DNA from: Kofleriaceae bacterium | GTDB lineage: Bacteria > Myxococcota_A > Polyangia > Haliangiales > Haliangiaceae | NCBI GenBank assembly: GCA_046597055.1 | Contig: JBKJLC010000082.1 | Location: 1-35,144, forward strand | Direction of reading: 5' to 3' | DNA length: 35,144 nt | Shown: positions 8,847 through 20,887 of the stretch, one piece after another | How the letters are laid out: each line of letters starts with the position of its first letter | Position numbering within the stretch: position 1 is the first letter of the stretch | Notes under the pieces: model-generated | Told to the model about the DNA's origin: nothing | Seen by the model: the letters and a program-made list of their open reading frames with translations, nothing else | The model's database searches: none | Made by a program: the position numbers and the translations under genes

Positions 8847-9791
8847 TCAGGGCGCCAGCGGATCGGCCGAGGGATCGTCGCCGAGGCCGCCGGCGCCGCA
8901 GAGCGCTGAGCAGCCCTGCAGGCCCATCAACGTCACCGCCATCTGGCTCGGATCGACCGGACCGCCCGCGGGGCACGGGAACGCCGCGATGCTGGCCAGG
9001 CAGCGCGCGGCCGCGGCGGGATCGAACTCGCTGCACATCGACCCGAACGAGCTCTGCATCTGGCCCAGCGAGGTCCGCGCCAGCGAGCACTGCGCCGCGA
9101 TCAGCGGATCGCCGCCGGTGCACGAGCTCAGGCGCTTGCAGCCCTCGTCGATCGCGGACTCGACGAACCCGTTGAAGTCGCGGGCCGAGCCCGAGGGCGC
9201 GGGCGGCGTCGGCGGCACCCCGAGCGGCGCGGCCGGGTCCGGCGCAGGCGGCGGCGGCGGCGGGGTGGCCCCCCCGGGATCGGTCGGCGCGGTCTTGCCG
9301 GGCGCGGCCGGCGGATCGCGCGGCGTCATCGGCTCGGTCGACATGCGCTCGGGCGCGGGCCCGAGCGCGGCCAGGCGCTTTTTCTGCTTGGCCCCGCCGA
9401 GGTCGAACACGAGGAACGCCAGGCTGATCAGGATCGCGAGCACCGCGATCACCGCCACCACGATCGGCCAGCGCCCGGCCCAGCTGCCCGGGGCCGGGCC
9501 CCGGGTCGACATCGTGGTCGTGGTGTCGACGTAAACCGGCCCGGGCGCGGCCATCGGGAGGCCCGACGGGTGCGGCGCCGACCCGGCCGGCCCACTCCCG
9601 GTCGGCCCCACCGCCGCCGGCACGGGACCTTCACTGCCGAGCGCGACCAGGCGCGGCCGCGGCGCGCTCGAGGCGCCGCGCCGCCCGGTCAGGTCGACCT
9701 TGCAGTGCTTGCACCGCCCGGCGATCGGATGGATGGGTTGACCGCAGGCAGGGCAGGCGGTCCGGTTCTCCACCAGGGCGGGCACGGCCAT
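8847..9791 (-). CDS. Zinc-ribbon / TM / Pro-rich / 8-Cys extracytoplasmic domain protein
   Basis: From MAVPALVE: CPAC-x10-CKHC, TM WPIVVAVIAVLAILISLAFLVF, a Pro-rich linker, then a C-terminal domain with 8 Cys. Confidence 0.75.
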   Translation of the reverse strand: MAVPALVENRTACPACGQPIHPIAGRCKHCKVDLTGRRGASSAPRPRLVALGSEGPVPAAVGPTGSGPAGSAPHPSGLPMAAPGPVYVDTTTTMSTRGPAPGSWAGRWPIVVAVIAVLAILISLAFLVFDLGGAKQKKRLAALGPAPERMSTEPMTPRDPPAAPGKTAPTDPGGATPPPPPPAPDPAAPLGVPPTPPAPSGSARDFNGFVESAIDEGCKRLSSCTGGDPLIAAQCSLARTSLGQMQSSFGSMCSEFDPAAAARCLASIAAFPCPAGGPVDPSQMAVTLMGLQGCSALCGAGGLGDDPSADPLAP

Positions 9792-9868
9792 TGGTTCAAA
9801 TGTGGCAGTCGGGCTCCTCGGCTGCAAGGCCAGCTTGCGGCGGCGGGGCTGCGCCTTACACTCCGCGG

Positions 9869-9919
9869 ATGCTCGGTCGCTTGGCGATGGCGGCGGCGTT
9901 CCCGCTGAAGGCGGCCTGA
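9869..9919 (+). CDS. Putative leaderless 16-aa uORF MLGRLAMAAAFPLKAA coupled to the kinase
   Basis: TACACT (9857-9862) lies 6 nt before ATG 9869. Its TGA overlaps the kinase ATG as TGATG (9917-9921). Confidence 0.45.
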   Translation: MLGRLAMAAAFPLKAA

Positions 9920-11049
9920 TGTCGAAGCCGCCTGCGGCTGACGGACCGCTGCTCGGCGGGCGGTGGCGGCTGGGCCCGCGGCTCGGGGCCGGGACCCAGG
10001 CCGACACCTTCCTCGGAGTCGAGGTCGCGCGCCGCACCGAGGTCGTGGTCAAGCGGGTCAAGCTGGGCGGCGGCTGGAAGAACTTCGAGCTGCACGAGCG
10101 CGAGACCAAGGTGCTCGGCCAGCTGCGCCACTCCGGCATCCCGCGCTTGCTGGGCGCGCTCGAGGAGCCGCCGGGCACGTTCAACATCGTCATGCAGCGC
10201 ATGCCCGGCGAGAACCTGCGCGAGCACGTCAAGCGCCGGCGCCTGGGCGAGGTCGAGCTGCGCGACATCCTGGTGCGCGCGCTCGAGATCCTCGACTACC
10301 TCGGCACCCGCACGCCCGCGGTGGTACACCGCGACATCAAGCCGACCAACCTGGTCCGCGACACCGACGGTGCGCTCGCGCTGGTCGACTTCGGCGGCGT
10401 CGCCGACGTGGCGCCCGGCGCCGGCTCGACCCTGGTCGGGACCTATGGCTACATGGCGCCCGAGCAGCTGCATGGCCAGGCGACCCCGGCGACCGACATC
10501 TACGCGCTGGGCGCGACCATCGTCGCGCTCGCCGGCGCGGTCGAGCCCGAGGACGTGCCGCGTCGCGGGCTCAAGATGGATCTGAAGCGCCACCTGCCGT
10601 CGATGTCGCCCAAGCTGCGCGACGTGCTCGACGCCATGACCGAGCCCGATCCCGAGCAGCGGCCGCAGCGGGCGCGCGACGTGGTCGCGCTGCTGGCCCG
10701 CGCCCGCGATATCACCCCGGTCCTGCCGAAGTCGGCCGACGCGGTCGCGCTGACCAAGGCGCCGCCGCGCGCGCTGCGGCCGGCGCGGCCGATCTTCCTC
10801 GACCTCCCCGAGCCGCTCGGTGCCTTGCTGCGCCTGACCGTGCTCGGGGTCGCGGTCGGCGGCTGGTTCGGCATGGCGGTCACCGCCGCGACCGTGCAGA
10901 TGCTGGGCTGGATGATCGCGCTGTTCGCCGGCAAGGGCGCGCGGCCCGCGGTGCGGCAGGCGACCGACGACGTCTCGGGCGTGCTGACCGACGGCCGCGA
11001 TGGCTTCGGCGATCTCGCGCGGCGGTCGGTCGCTCGCCGGCGTCGCTGA
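9919..11049 (+). CDS. Ser/Thr protein kinase with C-terminal membrane segment
   Basis: [35 protein letters not shown] and DIYALG, with a hydrophobic C-terminal stretch. Confidence 0.92.
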   Translation: MSKPPAADGPLLGGRWRLGPRLGAGTQADTFLGVEVARRTEVVVKRVKLGGGWKNFELHERETKVLGQLRHSGIPRLLGALEEPPGTFNIVMQRMPGENLREHVKRRRLGEVELRDILVRALEILDYLGTRTPAVVHRDIKPTNLVRDTDGALALVDFGGVADVAPGAGSTLVGTYGYMAPEQLHGQATPATDIYALGATIVALAGAVEPEDVPRRGLKMDLKRHLPSMSPKLRDVLDAMTEPDPEQRPQRARDVVALLARARDITPVLPKSADAVALTKAPPRALRPARPIFLDLPEPLGALLRLTVLGVAVGGWFGMAVTAATVQMLGWMIALFAGKGARPAVRQATDDVSGVLTDGRDGFGDLARRSVARRRR

Positions 11050-11153
11050 ACTGATCTGAGCGGACGAGGCGGCCCTGGTTCGTGCAGATCGGACGCAGCC
11101 TCCCGGGCCGCGGCTACGGCGAGGCGCTTCGCCGGGAATCCCGGGCGCCTGAT

Positions 11154-12083
11154 CTACGCGCGGACGGCGGCCGCCGTGCGGCGCGCGGCGCGGGTGGCGA
11201 ACCCGCCGAGCACGAGGACCTCGTCGACCTCGCCGCGGCGCTCGCTGTTACAGTTGATCGCGCGCGCGCAGCGGACGCGGTCCATGCGCAGGCCCTTGTA
11301 GAGCGAGCGCACGAACGGGGTGTCGCTGTTCGACAGCACCACGCCGACGCCGCGGTCGGCGAGCTCGTGGGCGAGGCTGGCCAGCGCGCGCTGATCGTCG
11401 GGTCCGAACGCGTCGGCGGTGTAGCTGACGAAGCTCGCGGTCGGCGTGATCGGATCGTACGGCGGATCGAAGTACACGAGGTCGCCAGGCTGGGCGTCGG
11501 CCACCGCGGCGCGGTAGTCGCCGCAGCGCAGCTGGGCCCGGCGCAGGACCTTGGAGGCCGCGCGCACGCCGTCGGGATCGCAGATGGGCGGGTTCTTGTA
11601 GCGCCCCATCGGGACGTTGAATCCACCGCCGCGGTTGACCCGGTACAGGCCGTTGTAACAGGTGCGGTTCATGTAGATGAACGTCGCGGCCCGGTCGAGC
11701 GGCGACCAGTCGACCGAGCGGTCGTTCCAGCGCGCCCGCGTCGCGTAGTAGTGCTCCTCGTCGTGGGCCTCGCGATGCATCGCGAGCCGGCGGAGCACGC
11801 CGTCCGGGTCATCGGCCACGGCGCGGTAGGTCGCGATCAGATCCGCGTTGCGATCCGAGAGCACGGCTTGCTCGGGTGCGAGGTGGAAGAACACGGCGCC
11901 GCCACCCACGAACGGCTCGTAGTACCGGCCGAACTGGCGCGGCAGGCGTGCAGCAATCTCCGGCAGGAGCCGGGTCTTGCCACCGACCCACTTGATGATC
12001 GGCGACCCGCGCTCGAGAGCGGGGGTCGCGGCGGGAGCGGGGACGAAGCCCCGCTGAACAGAGCCAGTGGGCTTCGAAGCCAT
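11154..12083 (-). CDS. dam: DNA adenine methyltransferase, Dam/D12 class (orphan)
   Basis: KWVGGKTRL, YYEPFVGGGAV SAM motif, FIYMNRTCYNGLYRVN, FNVPMGRY, YFDPPY catalytic motif and LSNS. Confidence 0.93.
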   Translation of the reverse strand: MASKPTGSVQRGFVPAPAATPALERGSPIIKWVGGKTRLLPEIAARLPRQFGRYYEPFVGGGAVFFHLAPEQAVLSDRNADLIATYRAVADDPDGVLRRLAMHREAHDEEHYYATRARWNDRSVDWSPLDRAATFIYMNRTCYNGLYRVNRGGGFNVPMGRYKNPPICDPDGVRAASKVLRRAQLRCGDYRAAVADAQPGDLVYFDPPYDPITPTASFVSYTADAFGPDDQRALASLAHELADRGVGVVLSNSDTPFVRSLYKGLRMDRVRCARAINCNSERRGEVDEVLVLGGFATRAARRTAAAVRA

Positions 12084-12167
12084 GCCCGCATGCTCGGGGC
12101 ACAGCCGCGTGTGGGCAAGAAAACGCCAGTGATCTCAGCGGCTTATATAAACGGCTAGCTAACTGGC

Positions 12168-12202
12168 CGGCCGTGCGTCACCCCGTGGTGCGCGCACGGC
12201 CG
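12168..12202 (-). terminator. GC-rich hairpin between the 126-aa gene and dam
   Basis: cggccgtgcg (12168-12177) pairs with cgcacggccg (12193-12202), with an inner cacc/ggtg stem. There is no strong U-tract. Confidence 0.4.
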
Positions 12203-12207
12203 CGGTC

Positions 12208-12588
12208 TCAGAACGCCGAGGCGGCGGCGTACTTCTGCGTGACCGGATCGTAGTCGACGAGGACGCCGGTCGCGCCCGCGAGCTGGGCGATCCGCATCAT
12301 CTCGTCGCAGTTGCCGCGCACGACCATGCGGGGCTCGGCGCCCTCGATCTCGCAGGCGGTCAGGAACTGCCGAACCTTGAACACGTTCTTGAATCCGAGG
12401 AGATACGTCGCGTCGTCGCCGGCGCGCGCCATCATCGGAACCCGGCCATCCGCATCGGTGGCCGGCAGACCCTCGTTCGCAACGAGGAGCACCCAGAGTC
12501 CTTCGAGGACGGCCCCCGGCCCGGTTGGACGGGGCGGCTGGGTGGTGGACCTTTCACGGCGCCCGGTGGTGGGCATCTGCTGCTGCAT
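12208..12588 (-). CDS. Hypothetical protein (126 aa)
   Basis: Protein-like composition and an SD-like AAGGGAG upstream. A TTGACA-N17-CACAAA element lies on the minus strand at 12644-12616. Confidence 0.7.
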   Translation of the reverse strand: MQQQMPTTGRRERSTTQPPRPTGPGAVLEGLWVLLVANEGLPATDADGRVPMMARAGDDATYLLGFKNVFKVRQFLTACEIEGAEPRMVVRGNCDEMMRIAQLAGATGVLVDYDPVTQKYAAASAF

Positions 12589-12615
12589 TCAGTGGAACTC
12601 CCTTGGTTGCGCGGG

Positions 12616-12644
12616 TTTGTGCGACTTTTACGTCCTCTTGTCAA
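12616..12644 (-). promoter_or_regulatory. Putative sigma70 promoter
   Basis: Perfect -35 TTGACA, a 17-nt spacer and a weak -10 (CACAAA). Confidence 0.4.
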
Positions 12645-12735
12645 GCGATTTCTCTGTGACGGAACGACGGAGATCACCGCTCACCCGCCCACCTCATCAC
12701 GGCTCGTAACCTCCTGTCGTGCTTGACGTATCCAG

Positions 12736-13857
12736 GTGTCCCCAGCACAGTCAAATCCCGTGCAATCTGCATCCGATCCCGCGCGCGCCCGGGTGGTGTT
12801 GCCGGTGGTCTCTGCGCAGTCGCCGCAGACCACCGCGCCACCGCCCGGCTTCGCCGCGGGCTCCGATCCACTGCTCGATCGCTTCGCCCGTCAGGTCCGC
12901 TATCTGCGGGTCTCGGTCACCGACCGCTGCAACTATGCGTGCACGTATTGCGTACCGGAGGACGGCGTCGCGCACGGCTTGCGAGCCGACCTCCTGACGT
13001 TCGAGGAGATCGAGCGCATCGTCCGCGTGTTCGCCGGGCTCGGCGTGCGCCGCGTACGCCTGACCGGGGGCGAGCCGACCGTGCGCCACGGCTTCGTCGA
13101 CCTGGTCGCGCGCCTGCGTGGGGTCCCCGGGATCGATGAGCTGGTCATGACCAGCAACGGCCACCGGCTGGTCGAGCTGGCCGAGCCGCTGGCGGCCGCG
13201 GGGCTGGCCGGGGTCAACGTCTCGATCGACACGCTCGACCCGGCGCGGTTCACCGCGCTCACGGTCCGGGGCGATCTGGCCCGCGTGATCGCCGGCATCG
13301 ACGCCGCGCGTGCCGCCGGCCTCGAGGTCAAGCTGAACGCGGTCGCGCTGGCCGGCGTGAACGAGGGCGAGCTCGCGGAGCTCACCGGCTTCGCATGGGA
13401 TCGCAGCCTGACCCTGCGCTTCATCGAGCACATGCCGCTGTCGGCCGGTGCGCTGTACGAGCCGGGGCGCGAGCTGTCGGCCGCGACGATCCGCGACGCG
13501 ATCAGCGCGCGCTTCGGGCCGCTCGAGCCCTCGCCCCGGCGCCGCGCCGACGCCGGGCCCGCCCGCTACTGGTGCCTGGTCGGTCGCCCCGACCGCGAGG
13601 TCGGCATCATCTCCGCGATGACCGAGCACTTCTGCGACGCGTGCAACCGCGTCCGCATCACCGCGGACGGCCAGCTCCACGCCTGTCTGGGCCACGACGA
13701 TGCGGTCAGCCTGCGCGACGTGCTCCGCGCCGGCCAGGACGACGACGCGGTCCGCGCTGCCATCGCCTGGTCGATCGGGGCCAAGCGAGCGGGGCACGAG
13801 TTCCATCGATCGGGGGTAGGTGGCCCCACGAAGCACATGATCTCGATGGGCGGCTGA
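12736..13857 (+). CDS. moaA: GTP 3',8-cyclase (molybdenum cofactor biosynthesis)
   Basis: YLRVSVTDRCNYACTYC radical-SAM motif, RLTGGEP, C-terminal CDACNRVR-x8-AC cluster and terminal MISMGG. The start codon is uncertain and may be downstream. Confidence 0.96.
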   Translation: MSPAQSNPVQSASDPARARVVLPVVSAQSPQTTAPPPGFAAGSDPLLDRFARQVRYLRVSVTDRCNYACTYCVPEDGVAHGLRADLLTFEEIERIVRVFAGLGVRRVRLTGGEPTVRHGFVDLVARLRGVPGIDELVMTSNGHRLVELAEPLAAAGLAGVNVSIDTLDPARFTALTVRGDLARVIAGIDAARAAGLEVKLNAVALAGVNEGELAELTGFAWDRSLTLRFIEHMPLSAGALYEPGRELSAATIRDAISARFGPLEPSPRRRADAGPARYWCLVGRPDREVGIISAMTEHFCDACNRVRITADGQLHACLGHDDAVSLRDVLRAGQDDDAVRAAIAWSIGAKRAGHEFHRSGVGGPTKHMISMGG

Positions 13858-13967
13858 GGGAATGGCAGCCCGACGCGCGCTGGTTTGCAGCTGTAACCCG
13901 CCGAGATCCAACGGCCTCCGACCTGAGCTCGATGCGGCAAGGAGCCGCGCTAGTTGGCAGGCTGTCC

Positions 13968-13988
13968 TGGCCCGCCTCGTGCTAGCTT
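13968..13988 (+). promoter_or_regulatory. Putative promoter of the ccm operon (sigma54 motif overlapping an extended -10)
   Basis: TGGCCCGCCTCGTGCT has GG/GC at consensus -24/-12 spacing, and TG-C-TAGCTT overlaps it. SD GAGGG and ATG 14005 follow. Confidence 0.45.
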
Positions 13989-14004
13989 CACTGCAGAGGG
14001 AACC

Positions 14005-14514
14005 ATGACCACCGAACCGTCTCCGGCACCCTCGACCCCGATCACCCCTGACCCCCAGTCGGCGACTCCTGCCCGGAAGCGCGACGGCTCGGGTTCGATG
14101 ACCAAGCTGAAGGTGATCATCACGATCGCCATCCTTGCTGGCGTCGTTGGCTTCTTCAAGCACTCGGCCCGGGGCCACACCGGCAACTACAAGATGGTCG
14201 ACGAGGTGATGCTCTCGCATGGCCAGTTCGTCGGCAAGCCGATGAAGATTCACGGCTGGGTCGAGGCCGGTAGCATCAACGAGCAGATCGTCGCGCAGGA
14301 GACTGTCCGCACCTTCGTGCTCGAGCACAAGGGCAAGCGGATCCTGGTCCGCAACAAGGGCCCCAAGCCCGACTCGTTCCGCGACAAGTCCGAGGTCGTC
14401 GCCGAGGGCACGATCATCGAGGAGAACGGTCAGCCGATCGTAGTCGCGGACAATCTCATGGCGAAGTGCCCCTCCAAGTACGAGGGTGCGCCGCAAGAAA
14501 AGCTGTTCGACTGA
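14005..14514 (+). CDS. ccmE: Heme chaperone CcmE, CxxxY variant
   Basis: N-terminal TM anchor, OB-fold motifs (GWVEAGSI, PDSF, VVAEG) and MAKCPSKY in place of AKHDENY. Confidence 0.93.
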   Translation: MTTEPSPAPSTPITPDPQSATPARKRDGSGSMTKLKVIITIAILAGVVGFFKHSARGHTGNYKMVDEVMLSHGQFVGKPMKIHGWVEAGSINEQIVAQETVRTFVLEHKGKRILVRNKGPKPDSFRDKSEVVAEGTIIEENGQPIVVADNLMAKCPSKYEGAPQEKLFD

Positions 14515-14590
14515 TCGCTCGCTCGCCGTACCTGGCAGTCGCGTCTCGCGGCTGCTGACACGCGTCTGTGGCTAACGAAACGAGGTCCCG

Positions 14591-17288
14591 TTGGAAGCCT
14601 CTGTCCCCACATCACCGATCGCGGTGGTCGGCACCATCACACTCCTGGTCGCGTACCTGGTCGCGGCCGGGAGCGCCGCGTTCGGCATCGCCGGCAACGC
14701 GCGCCAGAGCCCTCGGCTGGTGCGCGCCTCCATCCAGGGCCTGTACGCGTTCGGCGCGCTGATCGCGTTCGCGTCCGGCCTGCTGATCTACGCGTTCGTC
14801 ACCCACGACTACACGATCAAATACGTCGCGGCGACCAGCGATACGTCGATGACCACGGCGTACAAGATCACCGCGTTCTGGGGCGCGCTCGACGGCTCGC
14901 TGCTGTTCTGGGTGCTGGTGCTGGCGGCGTTCTCGGCGATCGCGGTCGCGATAAACGCTCGCCGTCACCGCGACATGATCGGCTACGTCGTCGGCACGAT
15001 CCTCGTAGTCCAGCTGTTCTTCCTGTCGCTGTTGATCTTCGACAAGCACCCGTTCAGCACGTTCCTCACCGAGCCGCCGGCCGATGGCAAGGGCCTCAAC
15101 CCGCTGCTCCAGAACTACTGGATGGTGATCCATCCACCCGCGCTCTACATCGGCTTCGTCGCCGCCACCATCCCGTTCGCGTTCGCGATCGGCGCGCTGG
15201 CGTCGGGGCGGCTCGACGACCTGTGGGTGTCGTCGGTCCGGTCGTGGTCGCTGGTCTGCTTCTTCTTCCTGTCGTTCGGGCTCATCCTGGGCGGTCGTTG
15301 GGCCTACGAGGAACTGGGCTGGGGCGGCTACTGGGCGTGGGACCCGGTCGAGAACGCCGGGTTCATCCCCTGGTTCACGACCACCGCGTTCCTGCACACG
15401 GCGGTGATCCAGGAACAGCGCGGCATGCTGAAGGTCTGGAACCTGATGCTGGTGATCCTCACGTTCTTCCTGACGATCTTCGGCACGTTCCTCACCCGCT
15501 CGGGCGTCGTGCAGTCGGTGCACGCGTTCGGCGAGGACAGCGCGCTCGCGCTGCAGTTCGTGGTCTTCATGGTCCTGATCCTGGTGGTGAGCTTCGGGCT
15601 CCTGATCCACCGGCTCCCGCGCCTGCGACAGGAGGGCGGCTTCGAGTCGTTCGTGTCGCGCGAGTTCGCGTTCCTGCTCAACAACTGGGTGCTGCTGGCG
15701 TGCGCGTTCGTCGTCTCGTTCCTGACGATGCTGCCCACGATCACCGAGCACCTGTGGGGGGAGCGCCTCACGATCTCGATCTCGTTCTTCAACCTGTGGA
15801 TGACGCCGATGGGGCTCATCCTGCTGTTCCTGGCCGGCGCTGCCCCGCTCCTGGCCTGGCGCAAGACCACGCGCGAGCGGTTCTACGCGCAGTTCTTGTG
15901 GCCGGTCGGGCTGTCCGTCCTGACCATGATCGCGCTCGGCATCTTCTTCCCGTCGGCGCGCAAGCTGACGCCGATCTTCGACAGCGACTTCCGCATGCCG
16001 ATCCCGCTGCTCTGCTTCGGGATCATCGCCTTCACCATGGGCAGCATCGGCCAGGAGTTCGTGCGCGGCGTGTCGGCGCGCCGACGCCAGACCGGCTCCG
16101 ATCCGATCACGTCGCTGATCGGCCTGGTGCTCAGCAAGCGCCGCAAGTACGGCGGCTACGTCGTCCACCTCGGCATGGCGGTGCTCTTCCTCGGCTTCAC
16201 CGGCAAGGCGTGGGATGCGATGAGCGATCGCACCGTCCAGACCCCGGCCGTCATGCTGAAGGAGCAGGGGCAGCCGGTGGCGGGCGCGGCCTTCAAGGTC
16301 CGCGGCTACACGTTCGTCTACGAGTCGCTGGCGACCGAGAGCGACGACAACAAGGTCGCGGTCACCGCCAAGGTGACCGTGTACCAGGGCTCCGAGAAGC
16401 TCGACGTGCTCGAGCCGGCGCGATGGAACTTCCGCAAGGGCGCGGAGCCGACCAGCGAGGTCGCGATCCACGAGCGGCTCGACGAGGACGTCTACATCGT
16501 CCTCACCGGCTACGACACCGACACCCAGCTCGCGAACTTTCGGGTCTTCATCAACCCGCTGATCAACTGGGTCTGGATCGGGTTCATCGTGTTCACCTTC
16601 GGTACGTTCATCTGCCTCATCCCGCAGTCGGTGGTCGACTCGGTGTCACGCCGTCCGCGGACGCCGCTCGGCAAGGTCGGCGACGTCGCCGGGCTCCTGC
16701 TCCTCCTGGGCGCGCTGGTCGCGGGCTCGATCGAGGTCGCCCACGCCGAGCCGCCGTCGTCGGTGCGCGTCGCCCAGAACGCCCCGGCCGGCAACGCACC
16801 GGCGGAGCACGAGGACGCGGTCGTGCGCGGCATGGGCCACAACGACGACTCGGGCTGGGCGCATCGTTACCCGCCCGACTCGCCGCTCGCCTCGGAGCTG
16901 ATGCACAACCTGGTGTGCCTGTGTGGCGGCTGCAAGCGCGAGACGATCCGCGAGTGCAAGTGCGGCTACGCGGCGCAGGAGCGCAAGAAGGTGCTCGACA
17001 TGCTGGCCGCCTACGACCTGACGACCGACAAGGGTCGGATCACGGCGCGGCAGGCGGTGACTGGGTCGTTCATCAAGGAGTACGGCGGTCAGCACGTGCT
17101 CGCGGCGCCGCGCACGAGCGCCACCTGGATCGTTCCGTACGTGGCGGTCGCGGGTGGCCTGGTCCTGCTGCTCGTGATCGGCCGCCGGCTGGTGACGCGC
17201 GGCGCGGCGCGGGCCCAGGCCGCGCGCGACGCAAACACCCGGGCCGAGGATGAGACCTACGGCGACAAACTCGATGACGAGCTCCGCG

Positions 17289-17302
<14 letters not shown>
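14591..17302 (+). CDS. ccmF: Heme lyase CcmF fused to a C-terminal CcmH-like domain
   Basis: LNPLLQN, IHPP, WGGYWAWDPVEN (WWD), FLH, SVHAF and YVVHLG. C-terminal LVCLCGGC...ECKC...EYG...TM. TTG start with GAGGT upstream. Confidence 0.95.
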
Positions 17303-17956
<654 letters not shown>

Positions 17957-17960
<4 letters not shown>

Positions 17961-20158
17961 GCCGGTGGGTCCGGACCGTGATCGCCGCCGTCGGCCTCGC
18001 GCTCGCCGTGGCGCCGGCGGCCGCCCAGCCTCAGGATGCGATCGGCAAGCCGCTGCCCGATCCCAGCCTGCGCGACGGCACCGTCGTGGTGCGCCTGATC
18101 GCCGGCGACCGCAGCAAGCCGGTCCCGGAGACCGAGGTCACGCTGACTCAGTCGCCGGCCGACGGATCCGACCTCGCGCCGGTCGAGCAACGGGCCCGGA
18201 CCGATGCCGACGGCCGGGCGACCTTCGTGGGCGTGCCCCCCAACGTGCGCGTGCGTGCCTCGGCCAGCGGCACCGGCGGCGGCGTCACCTCGTCGCCGTT
18301 CCCCATGCCGATGACCGGCGGCATCCGCTTGATGGTCTCGACCGTCAGCGCGCCCGGCGCCACCGGCGCGATGCCGGCCGCCGGTGGCGGCCCGCCGATG
18401 TCGCCGCGCGCGATGAGCGGCCAGCCGCGGCCCGAGCCGGCCGACGACGGCGACGTGCTCACCGTCCGCCTCTCGTACGACGACTTCGCGGATCCGACCC
18501 CGCCCAAGGACCATCCGGTGATCCTGGTCGACTACCGCTGGGACCAGATCGTCTCGGCCAAGGTCGTCAAGACCGACGCCGGCGGTCGCGCGGTCTTCCG
18601 CGGGCTCAACCGCGGTGGCTCCCACTCGTACTTCGCGATGACGCTCCTGCCGCGCGGCGACGGCTTCGATCGCCTGATCTCGCGGCCGATCGTCATGCCC
18701 GGTGACACCGGGGTTCGCCTCATTCTCTCGGGCGACAAGCGCGCGGTCGCGACCCCGGTCGACGACCTCGGCGTGCTCGATCCGCAGCCGGCGGTCGGGG
18801 TGCCCGGTGGCCAGGTCGACGTGACCCTGGGTGGCGCGGCCGAGCCCGGCAAGCCGATCGAGCTCGTCGATGCGTTCTCCGGCGAGGTGCTGGCCAGGAC
18901 CACGAGCGGCCCGCCGACTCCGGACAGCGACTCGCTCAAGCCGATCTGGGGCGCGGGCGCGGACGACCCGGCGCTGGCGGTCGGCAACCTGACCCTCACG
19001 CTGGCGCGCGCGGGCGCCCCCGCCAAAGCTGGCCGGGTCGACGTCCGCCGGGTCGCGTTGCCGACCGGGCCGGCCCAGGGCACCGCAGCCCTGTGGACCG
19101 CCACCGGCGGCGGCGAGGTCGCGCTCACCGGGCTGCCGGTCGGCGAGCCGCTCGAGGTGCGCGTGACCGTCGAAGGGGTGGCGCTGCCCACCAAGATCTT
19201 GCGGCTGCCAGCCGCCGGCGGGCGCCGCGAGAGCGTCGACGCGACCTGGAGCTATCGAGGCCAGGCCAGCGCCAGCTTCAGCGGGATCACGGTCGGCGGG
19301 CTCGAGCGCGGGTTCCTCGTGCGCGCGGTCGATCGCCAGACCTACGTCTCGGCGCCGTTCCAGCTCACCGCCACCCGCGGGGCGGCGGTCACCCTCATCG
19401 TGGTGCCGCGCGTGATGCTGACGTTCAGCCTGTCATCGTGGGTCGACGACGTCTACTTCGGCGTCCGCGGCACGTTCTCGATCCGCAACACGTCGTGGGC
19501 ACCCTACGTGGCCGGCACCAACGACCGCCCCGAGGAGATCGTGATCGCGCTGCCCAAGGGGTTCGTCGGCGCGACCGTGCGTCAGGACTTCACCGAGACG
19601 ATCGGCGTCGATCCGACCCGGGGCTTCATCATCCGGCGCCCGCTGCCACCGGGTGGCCTCGACTTCGTGGGGGCCTTCTCGATCGAGTTCGACGGCGGCG
19701 AGCTGAAATGGGACATGCCGCTACCGCTCGGCGCGCTCGAGAGCGAGCTGGAGATCAAGCGCGACTGGAATTCGATGTCGGTCGAGCTGCCGCCCGCGGC
19801 GGCCGGCGTGAGCGTGCGCGAGGCCAAGGCCGCCGAGCAGCGCTTCTTCGTGCTGCAGCCGATCACGATCCTGCCCGGCCGGAGCATGGTGTTCACCGTC
19901 CGGGGCCTGCCCCGGCCGGCGGCCTGGAGCCGGTACGCCAAGGCGGCCACCGGCCTGCTGGTCCTCGCCATCCTCGGCCTCGGGATCGGGCTCGCGATGT
20001 ACCAGCGGCCGGCCACGGCCGCCGGCAACAGCCGGGTCCGCTACGACCAGGTCCTCGACGAGCTGGCGGCGCTCGAAGAGGAGGGCGTGAAGGGCCCCCG
20101 CCGCGAACAGCTGCTCGCCGAGCTCGAGCGACTCGACCGCAAGGCCGGTCCGGGGTAA
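17957..20158 (+). CDS. Secreted multi-domain (carboxypeptidase-regulatory-like repeats) protein with C-terminal membrane anchor, in the ccm operon
   Basis: Signal peptide (AAA|QP), repeated TDADGRATF/TDAGGRAVF modules, a C-terminal TM and a VLDELAALE...REQLLAEL tail. Confidence 0.75.
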
Positions 20159-20161
20159 CAC

Positions 20162-20876
<715 letters not shown>

Positions 20877-20887
<11 letters not shown>

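Noticed and set aside
6167..9534. Very long ORFs 6493..9534 (+, 1013 aa) and 6167..8770 (-, 867 aa)
   Set aside because: Arg/Ala/Gly-rich shadow frames of real minus-strand genes; stop codons are rare at this GC content.
11154..12588. Restriction-modification or prophage island around dam
   Set aside because: No endonuclease, integrase, att repeat or phage gene is visible, and composition matches the neighbours.
12589..12800. Possible Moco riboswitch upstream of moaA
   Set aside because: I could not find the expected multi-stem structure by eye; the region looks like divergent promoters. An Rfam scan would settle it.
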